From positions 70,639,582-70,703,581 of the forward strand of contig NC_068990.1 in assembly GCF_001194135.2 (NCBI RefSeq): DNA of 64,000 nt, written 5' to 3'. Positions 21,890-35,104 of this stretch are shown here, piece after piece. Both the position numbers and the translations under genes were made by a program. Each line of letters begins with the position of its first letter. Position 1 is the first letter of the stretch. Below the pieces are notes generated by a model. That model searched no databases. It saw nothing but the letters and a program-made list of their open reading frames with translations, and was not told where the DNA came from. The stretch is from Octopus bimaculoides. Lineage: Eukaryota.

Positions 21890-24075
21890 CATCACAAGGC
21901 TTTCTGTGATGGAGAGAGTCTATTTTTATATGCCAAACTTGGCAGCTATCTAACACAAACTGGCAGGCAGAATGGGAGAATTTCCATTTCTGTGAGTTGA
22001 GGAGCTTCAGTATTGCTGAGAAAGGACCTAAACAAGGGGAGATTGCTTGATAATTTTCAGCCCATAATTCTGCTTAACACAGATTTTAAATTTTTTAGCC
22101 AGGAGTTAGCCAAGAGGTTGGTGCTTGTTGTCAATGATCTGGTTAATTAAGTACAAACATAACATGTGCTATCCCATGACAGAGAGGGTAGGTAAGGAAC
22201 TTGGCAAATGGGTTGGGTCCTGCTCAATTTAGATCAATCAAAAGCTTTTGATGGGTGAACCACCAATACTTGGCAGTTGTTCTCATGACAGCTGGTTTCA
22301 ATACTGGCTTTTACTGTTAGATATCTGTAATGAATAGCAACATCTGCTTGGTGATTAAGGTACATTGCCATTTATTGAAACACTTCAGTATGATGCACTC
22401 GGTCTGTCAAAGTTGTTCCCTTTGATCTCTTCTAAATGTGCTGACACTTGAGCCACTACTGCTGACACTAGAGATATTGAGGAGCAGCCCATGTGAACTG
22501 GGATGCAGAAGATTTATGATGGCAAATGCAGATGATGTAACCACTATTGTGTCAGGTACTAGGTATATTGAAGTGATTGGGACTGCTCTAATGAGCCATG
22601 AGACAGTGACAGGAGCAAAAATCAACCAAAGAAAGTCAGTGGACCTGAAACTCATCTCCTGGAGAAGCAGGTCCATATTGTCCAAAAGTATCATGGGATA
22701 CTAGACTAGTTAACTGCTGAATGTCTGGTTTGGTCTAGATCTCCAAGTGGGGAAATGGGATGAGGTGATGAGCAAGGAGACCAATCTCACCTAGAAATGG
22801 GCCCAGAGAAAGCTATCCCTGAGAGGTTGGGCAGAAATGGTAAATGCTTACATCACCTCCATTACATTCTACTGCCTGAGCATTGATCCTTGCCTTAGTT
22901 CACATTTAACTAGACCAGAATGTTCGTTTTTTTCATTTTTTTTAATATGTAAGGGACATGTTCCACTAGTCAGGTGCTTTATTTGCTGACAATACCCTCT
23001 GAGTGGAGGACTGGGTATGCTGTGGCTGAAGATGTGCAGACATGCACTGGGGCTGCAACATCTTTAGCAATTCTTTGCTGGTGAATAGGTATGGTTGCCA
23101 TATGTCAGACTGGTTTTTCAACAGCTCATATCTTTGACAGTCCTGGGTTAAGCAAAGATCAAGCTGGTGCTTAGCATCTGGAATGTCATCAAGCACTCCG
23201 CCCTCCACCAGTTAGGTAATGTAGATAGTATAAGTTCCACTTTGGCATTCTATAGAGAGTTAGTAGTGGGCAAGAGCAACAAGGTTCTTAGGGGAGGCTG
23301 ATTGTTGACAAAAGTCAATTGGCTGATCTGTTTCAGATCATATTTGGACCATGGACATGGATAATTTCCTGAAATCTTTGGCCTGGCAGTGCTATGGGGT
23401 GGTGGTTAAGGTACAGCCCAGAAATGCTGTCAGCCAAGTTTGCCCAAGATGCACCCATGGTAGCACAAGCACTCATCCAATGCCCAAGCATTGTGGAGTT
23501 CTGTCAAATGGCTGCTATCAAGTGTAGGTAGGTTGGGTTATCAGCTGAATCTATTGTGAAAATTGTCCAACTGCCTTCTTTTGGCCACGAAGGACAGGCA
23601 ATGTTTATTTGGTGGCCTTGATGAAAAAGCTTGTATGGTGATGACACAGAAAGGGCTGAAGACAGATACCCCTCCAAACTTTCTCTTTGGTCAAGCCTCA
23701 CCTCACTACATTCCAAAAGGAAAATGAGGGTAAAAAAGAAAGTGCTGCCACCCAGCATATTTGTTGAAATATGGGCAAGAGTGGCAAGCATGGTTTGAAT
23801 GAATAGGTCTACCCTGAGCATGCCTCTGTAGAGAGGAGGATAACAGGGAGAAGGCACTTGCCATAGTGGTCATGGTAATTGTGGTTGTGGTTTTGTGTGG
23901 TTTCCAGGAGCAGCCCTCAGAGGTCTCCTGCTTTTGGGGTATTATTGCTTGGAATTTATTGTTTCTTTGTTACTGTTATCCTTCTTTTTACATGTTCTTT
24001 TAAGTAACTACACATTGTATTGTCCTATACCATCCCCAGTGTTTTCTGAAACATAACTGGTTAACAAAGAAAATA
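21890..24075 (+). mobile_element. Tx1-like (L1-clade) LINE, 5'-truncated and degraded
   Basis: Degraded RT (PIILLNTDFK, NLDQSKAFDG, ANADDVTTIV, GAKINQRKS, QRKLSLRGWAE), a C-terminal Cys motif (VCPRC) and a 3' end before (ATT)n. Boundaries approximate. Confidence 0.7.
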
Positions 24076-24927
24076 TCACTATTATTATTATTTAGGCAAA
24101 GTTAACCTCAAACCCTGCCAAGGTTAACTTCACCTTTCATTCCTCCAAGGTTTATAAATTAAAGTACCAGTCAAGTACAAGGACTGACAGTATCAACTAG
24201 TCTGCTCTTCACAAAATTGTTGACTTTGTACCTAAATCAGAGACCATTATTATTCTTATTATTACAGATTACAAAAAGTGTTTCAGATAATTGGATAAGG
24301 TATTGGGTTCCCAGAACATTATGCCTCAGTTGAGCAAGTTGTTGGAAAATAGTGATCAAATTTTGAGGATGTGTTAAAAGAGAAAAACTAGCATTCTATC
24401 ATTAGGGAGATTTATCTCTCATATTTGATACAAGTACTGCTGAATACTGGCTTTGCAGAGAAATTTATCATTTATATAGGTGTGTGTGTGTATGTGTGTG
24501 CACGCTCACACAGTAGGAGTTTGTGGTATTCTGTCATCTTTTCCTCCACCCCAGCAATGTATTGACAAGACCACAAAATCAATGAATTCATTCTAAAAAG
24601 AGTCAACACAAGGCCACTTAGCAGAAACATCACGGAATGAAGATAAAAACTGACCAAGTCCAGCTACCAGAACAACATTATTCTAAAACAGCTTTCAAAT
24701 GAACACCACCAGAGAGAAAAAGAAATAGAGGAAGACTGAAAAGTACATGGCACAAAACCATTGAGAACCAACCTAAGATAGACCAATATCAATGGCTGGA
24801 TGTAGAGAAAATTGCCCACCAACAGAAATCGGTGGTGTCAACTTGTCACCTAATGTGCTTGAGAATATGGGAGAAACTAATACTGAGAGTTAATTCCAGA
24901 AGATTCTAAAATAAATCAACAACTTAC

Positions 24928-25040
24928 TTGGTGTAATGTACATTGGGTGGTGGCTTTGATCGATGTAATTTATCAATATTCTGGATCCAGTTATCAATCT
25001 GCTTTGGGTCTTTTTCAGCTTGTTCTAGACTTTTCACAAC
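24928..25040 (-). CDS. IFT46: IFT46 exon (VVKSLEQAEKDPKQIDNWIQNIDKLHRSKPPPNVHYT)
   Basis: ttacag acceptor and GTAAGT donor. Phase 0 to 2. Matches VKSLEDAEKNPKAIDTWIESISELHRSKPPATVHY. Confidence 0.96.
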
Positions 25041-25959
25041 CTGTAACAAAGAAAACATACAATTCTGCAAACAACATTTTGGAATTAAGTGATAAAAAGT
25101 CTCAGGGTATTTTGTGGACATTTACTAAATACTTATATTAGTATCAACTACTGTATTGGTAGGATGTGACCCAAGTGCTTGGCCCTCCACTGTGCTGAGA
25201 ATGGAGGGCCAAGGAAAACAAGGGAAGTAATGGTAAGATTAGATCTCAGAAAGTTAATTCTCAAAGATTAGATAACACAAGAGTATCAGAAGTGGTGCTA
25301 GGCTGTTTAACTGATGCTAGCATGAACACAGATGCAATGATTAAAGGCTGAGAAGAAATATGGTATTTCTCATAATCTTCTATATATTCAGGATCATTAA
25401 TTCTGGCAGAGCTAATCAGGTTTGACAAGAATCAATAGAGAAATCAGATGCAAACAAAATCTAATCCTGCATATTGTAGATAGCATGTCAAGGTTAGCAT
25501 GGTTTGGGTCGAGCAAACACATATTGTAAAATATTTCTATGTTAGAGAAGTTTTGGGAATGAATAACAAAAATTGGAGAAAAGATATTTCCAATTTTTTC
25601 ATGACTATTGTTTGTCACAGACACAAAGGAAGCAAATAGCAAATTGGAAGAATTATAAGACAAAATGTCTTTTAGCATTTAATTCCAAACCTTAATATTC
25701 TCATTTCAAATCCCACCAAAGCCCAACTTGCTTTTCAACATTCTAAAGTTGGAAATAGAATACTAACCAAATATGGTGGAGATGATGAGTGATTTAATGA
25801 GATGATGAGTGATTTAATGAGCTGATGAGGTGTCTCAAAGACTTCTTTAAATAATGAAGCAATATAAATCTGCAACTAACTTTTTAATTACTACTTGAGT
25901 TCTAGTGTAAACTCTCAACAGCCACAATACTTCTGTGAATGGCTGTGCCCTTCCCCATC

Positions 25960-26250
25960 CCTGTCTGTTTTGGAATGGTTTCTACAGATGGATGCCAACC
26001 ACTTTACAGAGTGTACTGGATGCTTTTTATGTGGCATCAACACTAGTGCTATTAACATGGCACCAACACCTGTGGGATCATCAAGAAACTTGTGAAATGA
26101 AGACTTCTCAGCTAGGAAAGGGAGTGCAACCAGGGGAAGTGGATATGAACTAGGTGTGATGTTAGAGTATAATACAGGGATAGAGATAGGTGTCTTACAA
26201 TAGAGGAGATACTTGGTTACCCTAATAGGAGAAGGAAGATGGGAGAACGT

Positions 26251-26287
<37 letters not shown>

Positions 26288-26700
26288 AAGAGTATTAGAT
26301 AGTAGGATAGTGGTGGGTAGAGTATAAGTGGTACAGATGGGATAGAGGGGATATTCCATAAGAATGTGAGGGGAGATGTTTAAAGGCGGGGAAGAGGTGA
26401 CTGTAGTAAGTGATGGAAGGAGAAACTGGAGTGACTAGAAAGGGCTGCAAGATAGATATGTGAGGGCATGGAGAATGTGCAGAGAGGGACATGAGGGAAA
26501 GGGAGGGGCCTGCAGTGGGTAGTGGGAGGGGGGATAATAGGAAGATGGGTCATGGGGGAGTTTTGACAGAGGACAGATTATGTATGCGAGTGGGACATGG
26601 CTATAAAAGACATGCCTGTATATATGGATGGCCATGATTTTACTTAGTTTAATGTCTTGTCAAGCACAGAAAATCACAAAAGTCTTGGTCCCTTGTCAGA
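25960..26700 (-). mobile_element. Degraded RTE LINE 3'UTR
   Basis: ggtttctacagatggatgcc..ccactttacagagtgtactggatgc, then a purine-rich tract and the RTE ORF-end signature (aagtcttggtcccttgtc). Confidence 0.55.
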
Positions 26701-26949
26701 TGACAAGGAACTAATATAAGGTTACTGCAAGATTAAAGTTTCTAAAATTTATTAATTAATGTTTTAATAAACAATCACTAACGGATTCCCATTAAAACTT
26801 ATATGTTAATCATACTGATTAATTTGTAAATGCTGCAAAGTCAAACATTCATGACACCAATAACCAAAGTAGAGTTCAAGCAGCAACAACAGAGGTAGTT
26901 ACAATTCCAAGACAACTCTATCAAAGTATCAAAGTCTAAGAATACTTAC

Positions 26950-27084
26950 CATCTGCTTAGCAGTTGTCTGTTTTGAAATGGTCCTCAATTGTAGATCAAG
27001 CACTGTTGGGTCGGACTGTGCAGCACAAGGCTCGTCTAAAACAGTCAGACCAACCATGTCAGGTTTCATGTCGGGTCTTGGTAT
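26950..27084 (-). CDS. IFT46: IFT46 exon (IPRPDMKPDMVGLTVLDEPCAAQSDPTVLDLQLRTISKQTTAKQM)
   Basis: tttctag acceptor and GTAAGT donor. 135 nt, phase 0-0. Matches VPRPDGKPDNLGLLVLDEPSTKQSDPTVL. Confidence 0.96.
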
Positions 27085-27452
27085 CTAGAAATAAACAATG
27101 AATTGAGATAACTTTCAAGTTGAATTAAATAAACATTATGAGGTTTATAGAAGCAATATAAGTTAAGGTGAGAGAGAATTAATATAAATTAAGGCAGCCT
27201 GCATTTGTACATAAGGTGGAACCTTTTTGATATTGCTTATTTGGCTGTAACCAAATGTGAGATCACATACAGAACAGCTCACTGAAACCACAAGCCAGCT
27301 AAATTCGTTTTATTGTAAAAAATGTGATTTCTGCATCAGTGGCTTTACATTTTCTTCTTTCCCATTGTCATCTCAGAGATAAGTCCCATGTGAAGTTAAA
27401 GTCTTTTCCTATTGCTTCAAATGATAAAACAGTATTATCTAGGTTAACCGCG

Positions 27453-27491
<39 letters not shown>

Positions 27492-27560
27492 NNNNNNNNN
27501 NNNNNNNNNNNNNNNNNNNNNNNNNNNNNNNNNNNNNNNNNNNNNNNNNNNNTATATATA

Positions 27561-29555
27561 TCATCATCATCGTTTAACGTCCACGATCAGTTGTTGCTTT
27601 TTTTATGTGCCACTAGCACAGGAGCCAGTCAGGCGGACCTGGCATCAATCATGTTCGGATAGTGCTTTTTATGTGCCACTGGCACAGGAGCCAGGCAGGT
27701 GAACCTGGCATCAACCACATCTGGATGGTGCTTTTTACATGCCACCGGCACGGGAGCCAGTCAGGGGGGCACTGGCCACTGCTATGATATTGGTTTTACT
27801 TGATGCAACAAGTCTTCTCAAACATATATCATCCAACGTATCAGGGGTATACTTAACAGGGCCAGACGTGCATGGCTGTGATCTCACTTTAGTTGCCGGG
27901 TCTTCTCAATCACAGCATATCTCCAAAGGTCCCAGTCTCCTGCCATTGCCCCTGTGAGGCCCAATGTTCGAAAGTCATATTTCACCACCTCATGCCATGT
28001 CTTCCTGGGTCTACCTCTTCCACAGGTTCCTTCTTCAGTTAGGGAGTGAGACTTTCTCACACAGCTGTCTCCATTCATACCTAACACATGACCATACCAG
28101 TGCAGTTGCCTCTCTTGCACACCCTATTTGATGCTTCTCATGTCCAACTTTTCTCTGAGGGCATGTGTCATGTGTGCACACTGACATTACACATCCAACA
28201 GATCATATTAGCTCCATTTCTTTCAAGCCTATGCATGTCCTCAGCAGTCATGGCCCATGATTCACTGCCATGTAGCATGGCAGTTCACACACATGCATCA
28301 TAAAGTCTACCTTTCACCCTGAGCGAGAGGCCCTTAGTTGCCAGCAGAGATAGGAGCTCCCTGAACTTTGCCCAGGTTATTCATACTCTAGTCGCTACAC
28401 TCTCAGAGGAACTACCCCCACTACAGACTTGGTCACCTATGTAGCGAAAGCTATCAACTACTTCTAGTTTCTTCCTCTGACATGTGATGGAATCTGTTTT
28501 CTGTACATCTTCAGTGTTTATTGCCCCTGTGCATCTGCCACACACAAAAACTATTTTCCAAGTTAACTTTCCTTTGCTTTTGCTGCACCTTTTATCTGTC
28601 CATAGCTTACACTGGGTACATTGTATGGAGTTTCTATGCAAACCTTTTCTACAGATCGAGCAGGGCCATCTACCTGAAGTGGGTTGTGATTTGACAGCCT
28701 TCCTACTTACTAAGACTTTGGTTTTTGCTAGGTTAACCCTAAGGCCCTTTGACCTTGCTTCCACATCCTAAACTTCTGTTCTGGCAGTGACTCAGCTACT
28801 AGAGCAAAGTCATCAGCATATAGGAGCAACCTGTCTTGAATTCCTCTGTTATTACCTGGAGGACTATAATGAATAAGAGGGGGCTGAGGACTGATCCTTG
28901 GTGAACCCCTACTTCTACCAACCCTCACCTTACTGACAGCATCCCTGTATAGAGCTTGTACAGCTCTTACCGGCCACTTGTCTATCCCTAGTTTCCACAT
29001 TGACCACCCAATACAGGATCGGGGGAACCCTGTCAAAAGCTTTCTCCAAATCAACAAAAGCCAAGTACAGAGGTTTATGTTGGTTAGGTACTTCTCCTGC
29101 AGTTGCCTTACCAGAAATATAGCATCAGTGGTGCTTCTGCCTGGCACAAAACCAAACTGCATCTCATCTAGGCTAACTCTCTCCTTAATTAGTTAGGCTA
29201 TGATCCTCTCTGTAACTTTCATCACCTGATCCAATAATTTGATACTCCTGTAGTTATTTCTATTTAAAGCATCACATTTCCTCATGTAGCAGTTGATTGC
29301 TGCTACACCAGTCATTGGGTATGACTCCTTCATGAACTACCTGATTTACAATGCAGGTGACAAGACCATAACCCACACTGCCCGATATTTTAAGCATCCA
29401 AGCGGTGATTCCTGATGGGCCAGGCGCTTTCTCTGACTTCATATCTTTAATTGCTTTATCTACCTGGGTACTGTCGATTCAGATAGCTGGTCCCTCAATT
29501 GGGTTAACTTTTGGCAGACTCTCCTCTTCTCATTCATTCTCCACATTCAGAAACA
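27561..29555 (-). mobile_element. RTE LINE 3' half (RT, PHD-like finger, C-terminus, 3'UTR with three ~66-bp tandem units, (GAT)n tail)
   Basis: ORFs MQFGFVPGRSTTDAIFLVRQLQEKY, LLYADDFALVAES, WPCSICRKG..CTQCKLW..C..CGRC and LHWYGHVL..RGRPRKTW..EKTRQLK*, leading into the tailed UTR. Confidence 0.9.
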
Positions 29556-29564
29556 TTCTGAACA

Positions 29565-30655
29565 TAAAGTTCAGAGAGCTATTACACTCTGTTGGTAATA
29601 AAAAGCTTCTTTCTCAGAGTGAAAGGCAGACTGTATGATGCTTGTATATGTAGCTATGCTACACAGTTGTGAGATGTAGACCCTGAATGCAGAAAACATG
29701 CAAAGACTAGAGAGGAATGAAACTATATGCTTTGATACATGTACAATATTAGTGTGCATGTACAACAAAGTGCAAATGAGTTGAGAGAAAAGTTAGGCAT
29801 AAGAGAAATTAGATGTAGCATGTGAGGGAGAAAACCATGATGGTTTGGTCATGTGATACTTATGAATGAGGACAAGTATATAAAGAAGTGCCATTGGTGA
29901 AAGTGGATAGAAGCTGAGGAAGTGAGAGACCTAGGAAGACATGGGATGATCTCAAAATGTTGAGCTTCACAGAAGAGACAACGATGAACTGAGATGTCTG
30001 GTGATATGAGGTTCTTGAGAAGACCTGCCCACCTCAAGAAAACTGAGTTCTGTAAGTGCTGTGTATTATATGTTCTCTATCCACATGCTACATCAATTCA
30101 CTCTTCCCCAGTGAACCAAACTACATCTCTTCATGCATTATGCTAATTACTCCCCCACCTGCAGCCCAATGACACTGTGTCATCTCTCACTCCTGTTCCC
30201 CCACTGTCGATTGTATCAGTGCTATCCTGTCACTCCCTTATAAACCCGTATTCACCACTCACTGTATCCCCCTTCTCCTCTCCTCTTTCCTTTTACACTC
30301 TCATGAACTCACCCTGTCCAATCCCTTCTTTTTCTTTTTCTCTGATTGGAGTATCCACATAACTCTTCTCCAGCAAGACACCTGTTTTTGTCCCTCTTTC
30401 ATAGTTCAAGCTCTCATCACCAGGCATAAAGCCACATCCCTCAATACTACATCCCCTCAGTTGAAGGGTTTTGAAAATTACTTTGTGGCCTCACTGGAGT
30501 TGGTACCACATTAAAAGCACTGGTGTTAGGAAGGACAACCAGCCATAGAAACCATGCCAAAGCTGACAGTAATGCTTAGTGCAGTCCTCTGGCTTACCAG
30601 CATCTGTCAAACCGTCTAACCCATGCCACCATGGAAAATGGATGTTAAATGATGA
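29565..30655 (+). mobile_element. Second RTE LINE 3' fragment (different subfamily), head-to-head with the previous copy
   Basis: KFRELL..SLRVKGRLYDAC.., pyrimidine-rich UTR, and 3' end ..ccatgccaccatggaaaatggatgttaaatgatgac. Confidence 0.75.
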
Positions 30656-30753
30656 CAGCAACAAGATTGATTGTCTCAGAAATTAGTTCAACATTAAAAA
30701 TACATTTATTATCTAATCACTCAGGTAGCTCCTCTCTCAGCAGTTTCACTCAC

Positions 30754-30847
30754 CTTAATGAATGCATCAGTGTCCCCTACTGATGGAATGAAGTCAGGAA
30801 TAAAAGGTTTCAGTTTGTGTTCCAATTCAATCACTTGATAAGAATAT
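30754..30847 (-). CDS. IFT46: IFT46 exon (YSYQVIELEHKLKPFIPDFIPSVGDTDAFIK)
   Basis: tcgtag acceptor and GTGAGT donor. Phase 2 to 0. Matches HKLKPFIPDFIPAVGDIDAFLK. Confidence 0.96.
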
Positions 30848-31863
30848 CTACGACAAGAAAAATTATATTTGCTCATCTTTGATCACTACAGACACACAAA
30901 AGGATCATTAATTAAATGAAAGTAATCAAATGACTGATTAACTAATTATAGAAAACAGTGAATGCCCGTGTCTTGTTATATTTTTTTACATGATAAACAG
31001 GTGTACAAAGACTAATCATATAATTTATCAGTAAGATAAAACTTCTCTCAAAAGAAGGCTTATTCTATATTGACCAGACAGTTTTTGATGTAGCAGCACA
31101 TGTCCACCAAAGTCATTCTAGGCAAGATTCACACACAGTCACATCATCATTGTTGTTTTAATATCCACACTTACATGTCTGCATGGGTCAGACAAAATTC
31201 TTGTGGCAGATTTTTCTGACCTGAAATCCTTCATGTTGCAAAGATACTTCCCCATGGCCAAATGTGTTTCTACAAAAACTAGATATGAAGAATCCCCATT
31301 TGCATGACAATGTCACTCATTTTACAACTATCCTGAGATGTTAAGACAAGGAAACACACACACACACACACACATATATAAATATATACAGGCTTCTTTG
31401 TGTTTCCATCTACTAAATCCTCTCACAAGGCATTGGTTAGCTTGATCAGGCTATTGAAGAAGACATTTGTCCAAGGTGCTGTGCAATGGGACTGAACCCA
31501 AAACCACATGGTCAAGAAACAAACTTCTTAACCACACAACCATACCTAAAACAAATCGCTATCAATTGATTAATACGATTATTGATCAGTAGAACTTTCT
31601 TTAGTACATATAGCCAGACATTTCAATGAAGTGTACAGTAGATTACACCAACTTCAGTATAGGACTGGTGTTTTCTTTTATCAACCCCAGAATGATAAAA
31701 GTCAATGTCAGCCCAATGGAACTCAGAACATAAAAGACCACAACAAAAAGATCACAAGGTAGCAAACTCCAAAGCCACTTCTATATTAACAAGATTTCTT
31801 TCTGCATTCTTTAGAAAAGAAATAAAAACATAGCAAAAATAATGCATAATTCTTGATTCTTAC

Positions 31864-31938
31864 CTTGAGATATATTCAAATAAATCTTTAATATCCGAGC
31901 TCACCTGGAGATTATCATAATCAGCTGGATCATATGCT
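31864..31938 (-). CDS. IFT46: IFT46 exon (AYDPADYDNLQVSSDIKDLFEYIS)
   Basis: caacag acceptor and GTAAGA donor. Phase 2-2. Matches GAYDPADYEHLPVSAEIKELFQYISR. Confidence 0.96.
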
Positions 31939-33140
31939 CTGTTGAAGAAACAATACATTGGATTTTATAAAAGGAAGTCAATAACCAGTCCTTAACAAAA
32001 TATGAGAGATGGCTTAGATAAAGTTGGTTAACAGCTACAGCAATAAGTTATAGCTACCAAAATATTGCCATAAGTTACAGCAATGAAACTAATATGGCCA
32101 AGTTTCTGTTATTAGAATTGAAACTAACTGAACTGAGAGAATGATGGTGAAATCAATAACCACTAATAGCATGAATGTTGTTGTAATTGTTATTCTCTTT
32201 TAGCATAAGACCTGCCCTAATCAAGTAGGCTTATGATTAAAGACATTCCATCTTTGACCATGCAGACATTTTTTAAGACATATTCTATTTACCATGGGAC
32301 CATATTGTTCAATGTGTTGTTCGTTAATAACATAGGGTGTGATTTAAGGAGATTTTTCTGCTATTTTTAGCAAGTAAAATGGACACAGAGAAGTCTCTGC
32401 TGATGGCTGATCCCTATGTGATGTAACCAATATGAGTGTTGACTATATTGTTATGAAGAGGTCATGGAGAAAGGATTGTAAAATATTGGAGTGAATCAGC
32501 AGGAAGGTGGGGTGGGTGGGGTAGTGGTGAATCAAGTGAACCATAACTGAAGACTCACCTAAAAACAGGTCACTATTATTTGAAGTAATGAACAATGCAA
32601 TTATTGGTCATTGAATAAATTCTTTCTTCAGTCTTTGATTGATATTAAGGCAACATTAACTTAAAATATTTTCAGACCACAATATGTGGCAGAATTTTAA
32701 CACACAAACCTTCAGATGATTGGCCAATGCTGGTTCTTTTTTAGTCAATTACCTGATAGCTAAATCTACTTAAAAGTATAGGATCCAGCCAACAGCCAAA
32801 GGATTTCTGTTGAGAATCTAACAGCTTCAGAATACATGAATCTACTTACCCTTTTGGTGTAATAGATGATAATGTTGTACAGACCTAATGACACTAACTC
32901 CTGTCAGAGGGGAACTTTTACAATGTTGCTTGTAAATTTTTACAGGGGTTCTGCTTTTAGATTATTGATAAATTTATATAATTTTGCCTTAAACTCTTCA
33001 AGTATGCTGCTGTTGAATGGCAAGAAGCTAGAAATACTTGGTCCTGGCACAAATTTTGCATCCTATTACTCAGAATTCGTCTGGTTGAATTGTTGTGTCC
33101 TGAGGAAACTAAGTGACATCAAACACTAAGAAAGACTTAC

Positions 33141-33228
33141 CCTTCAATATGTACTTCTTCATCGTCATCGTCATCATCACTCAGATCAGAACCATCATCA
33201 TCATCATCAGATAAATTACTGCTTCTGC
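33141..33228 (-). CDS. IFT46: IFT46 acidic-region exon (RSSNLSDDDDDGSDLSDDDDDDEEVHIE)
   Basis: ctttag acceptor and GTAAGT donor. Phase 1 to 2. Poly-Asp tract as in the IFT46 N-terminus; splices into EG|AYDP. Confidence 0.9.
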
Positions 33229-34283
33229 CTAAAGATTTACCAAGAAGCTTCTGTTCAACAAATCCGAGATAAATAAATGAATGAATAATTAAATAGATAA
33301 TTGATTAATGGATTGAATAAATAACTGAACCGCTCAATATCAATTGTTGCTCCACTAAAAACATCAGCAAGTTTGAAATGGAAGTAATAAAAAAAAAAAA
33401 ACACTGACCTTGGCATCATCAGTCGAGGTGGCCAGTAAGTGGGGACTCCCAGACTGGTCAATGCCAGGGTTTGGAATCCGACCTGAAAGATAGGGAACAG
33501 GAAACATCTGGAACTTCAAGAAAAATAATTAAGTTGCCACATTCAATGTTTTCAAATATTGATTTATAACTTTGACACAACACCACAAATATATAGAGGG
33601 AGTGTATCAATAAATTGGACTTGACCCTAGTACAACATGGGTACTTATTTTATCAACCTCAACAAGGTGAAAGTTAAAGTGAACCTCAATGTGATTTGAA
33701 CTCAGAACCTAAACCAAGTATAGGCAACCTTTTTTGAAAAGTGGACCACATGAGACATGACTCATCATCAGGTAGGCCACACTACTACAAAAAAAAAAAT
33801 CAAGGTAATTTTTCAGTGAAGATGCCATTCAGAAAGTCCTGCAGGCCACAGGTTGTCCATGACTGACCTAAAGAGATGTAACTAAATACTGGAAGATTTT
33901 TGTCTCTGCCAATTCACAATAACTGAAATATGGTAAATTAAGGCTCCTGCCTCACCTTCCCCCAAATATTGAACAAGGCAATACCTGCATGGAGTTGAAT
34001 CCAAGACTTATGAGATAGTAGTCCAATACTTTATGCAGTCACCCATGTACAGTGTGTGTGTGTGTGTGTGTGTGGTGTATGACCCATCATTATCATTTAC
34101 ATATATTCAGTTTGAGTGTAAATGATAATGATGGAAAACACATCACCAACACACTCACACAAACCAAAACACATACACACACACACACACCCATAAATCA
34201 ACAAGCTAGTCAAATTAAAGTTAAGTGTCATTGCATCATAACAGGTATGTCATATCTTTAAAAAGCATAAACAGCTGACTTAC

Positions 34284-34389
34284 CAAGAGGATTATGTGAT
34301 CTTGGTGTTGGAGTATAGGTACTAGGAACATCATCAGCATCAGGAACCTCCAGAGATTCATCATACGGCTGGTTCTGATGAAGCTGGGC
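34284..34389 (-). CDS. IFT46: IFT46 exon (AQLHQNQPYDESLEVPDADDVPSTYTPTPRSHNPL)
   Basis: cttttcag acceptor and GTAAGT donor. Phase 0 to 1. NQPYDES resembles the NQPHDEE motif recalled from algal IFT46. Confidence 0.88.
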
Positions 34390-34546
34390 CTGAAAAGCAT
34401 GGGAAAAGTGCTCTTAATGTAATATTTAGTATATTTCTTCTAGCACTTTCTCTATCTCATCTTTATTTATTTATTGGTGTGAAGAAAGGGAAAATGCATA
34501 GACCTTCTGTGACTGATGACAGATTGAGTAGTTAAGACTATAGCTG

Positions 34547-34592
<46 letters not shown>

Positions 34593-34914
34593 TCACACTA
34601 GCATGTCATTGCAGGGCAATTATCACAATAGAATTCCTTTATTTCAGTTATTTCTATTCCTTGTCAAACCATGTTTTCCCCAATGGAAAATCCTGTTGAT
34701 CAGGACAAATTTCTGCATTATTTGGTATTTATAAGGTTTCAATAAACGAAGTTTTTTTGCTTTTCCATTTGGTGCATAGATGTAAAGATCTTTCTTACTT
34801 CCTACTATGTAAAGTTGAGCATGGGTGAAGCAGGGCTCTTCAAGGTATTAACCAGAAACCAAAAATGTTTTGCCCTTGCGATTTGTTGACAGCTGAGACA
34901 AAACTAAGACTCAC

Positions 34915-34994
34915 TGGAAATTGAAGTTGTTTGAACTGAAATGGGCCATCACTTCCTGAATCTGTGCGATGCAAGATGCTTTTGTGCTTATCAT
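34915..34994 (-). CDS. IFT46: Tentative IFT46 exon (DKHKSILHRTDSGSDGPFQFKQLQFP)
   Basis: Weak tgattag acceptor, strong GTGAGT donor. Phase 1 to 0 fits the 34389 acceptor. No recognised homology. Confidence 0.45.
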
Positions 34995-35104
34995 CTAATC
35001 AATGGATCCAATGTTCACGTATCTCCTGAGACCATACAACAGAAGCCTATGTTTGCATAATATCAAGTCTATTCCTTCTCTATTCAAGTGTCTCCTAAGC
35101 TCAC

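Noticed and set aside
25779-25830. ATGATGA...CTGA motifs resembling a C/D snoRNA
   Set aside because: It is a 20-bp tandem repeat, antisense to the host intron, too short, and lacks a terminal stem.
26494-26533. G-quadruplex-like G-runs
   Set aside because: Part of a decayed RTE UTR purine tract, with one loop longer than 7 nt and no sign of function.
32844-32900. Consensus donor (AAAGG|GTAAGT) inside an IFT46 intron
   Set aside because: No upstream acceptor gives an in-frame, stop-free exon; treated as a cryptic site.
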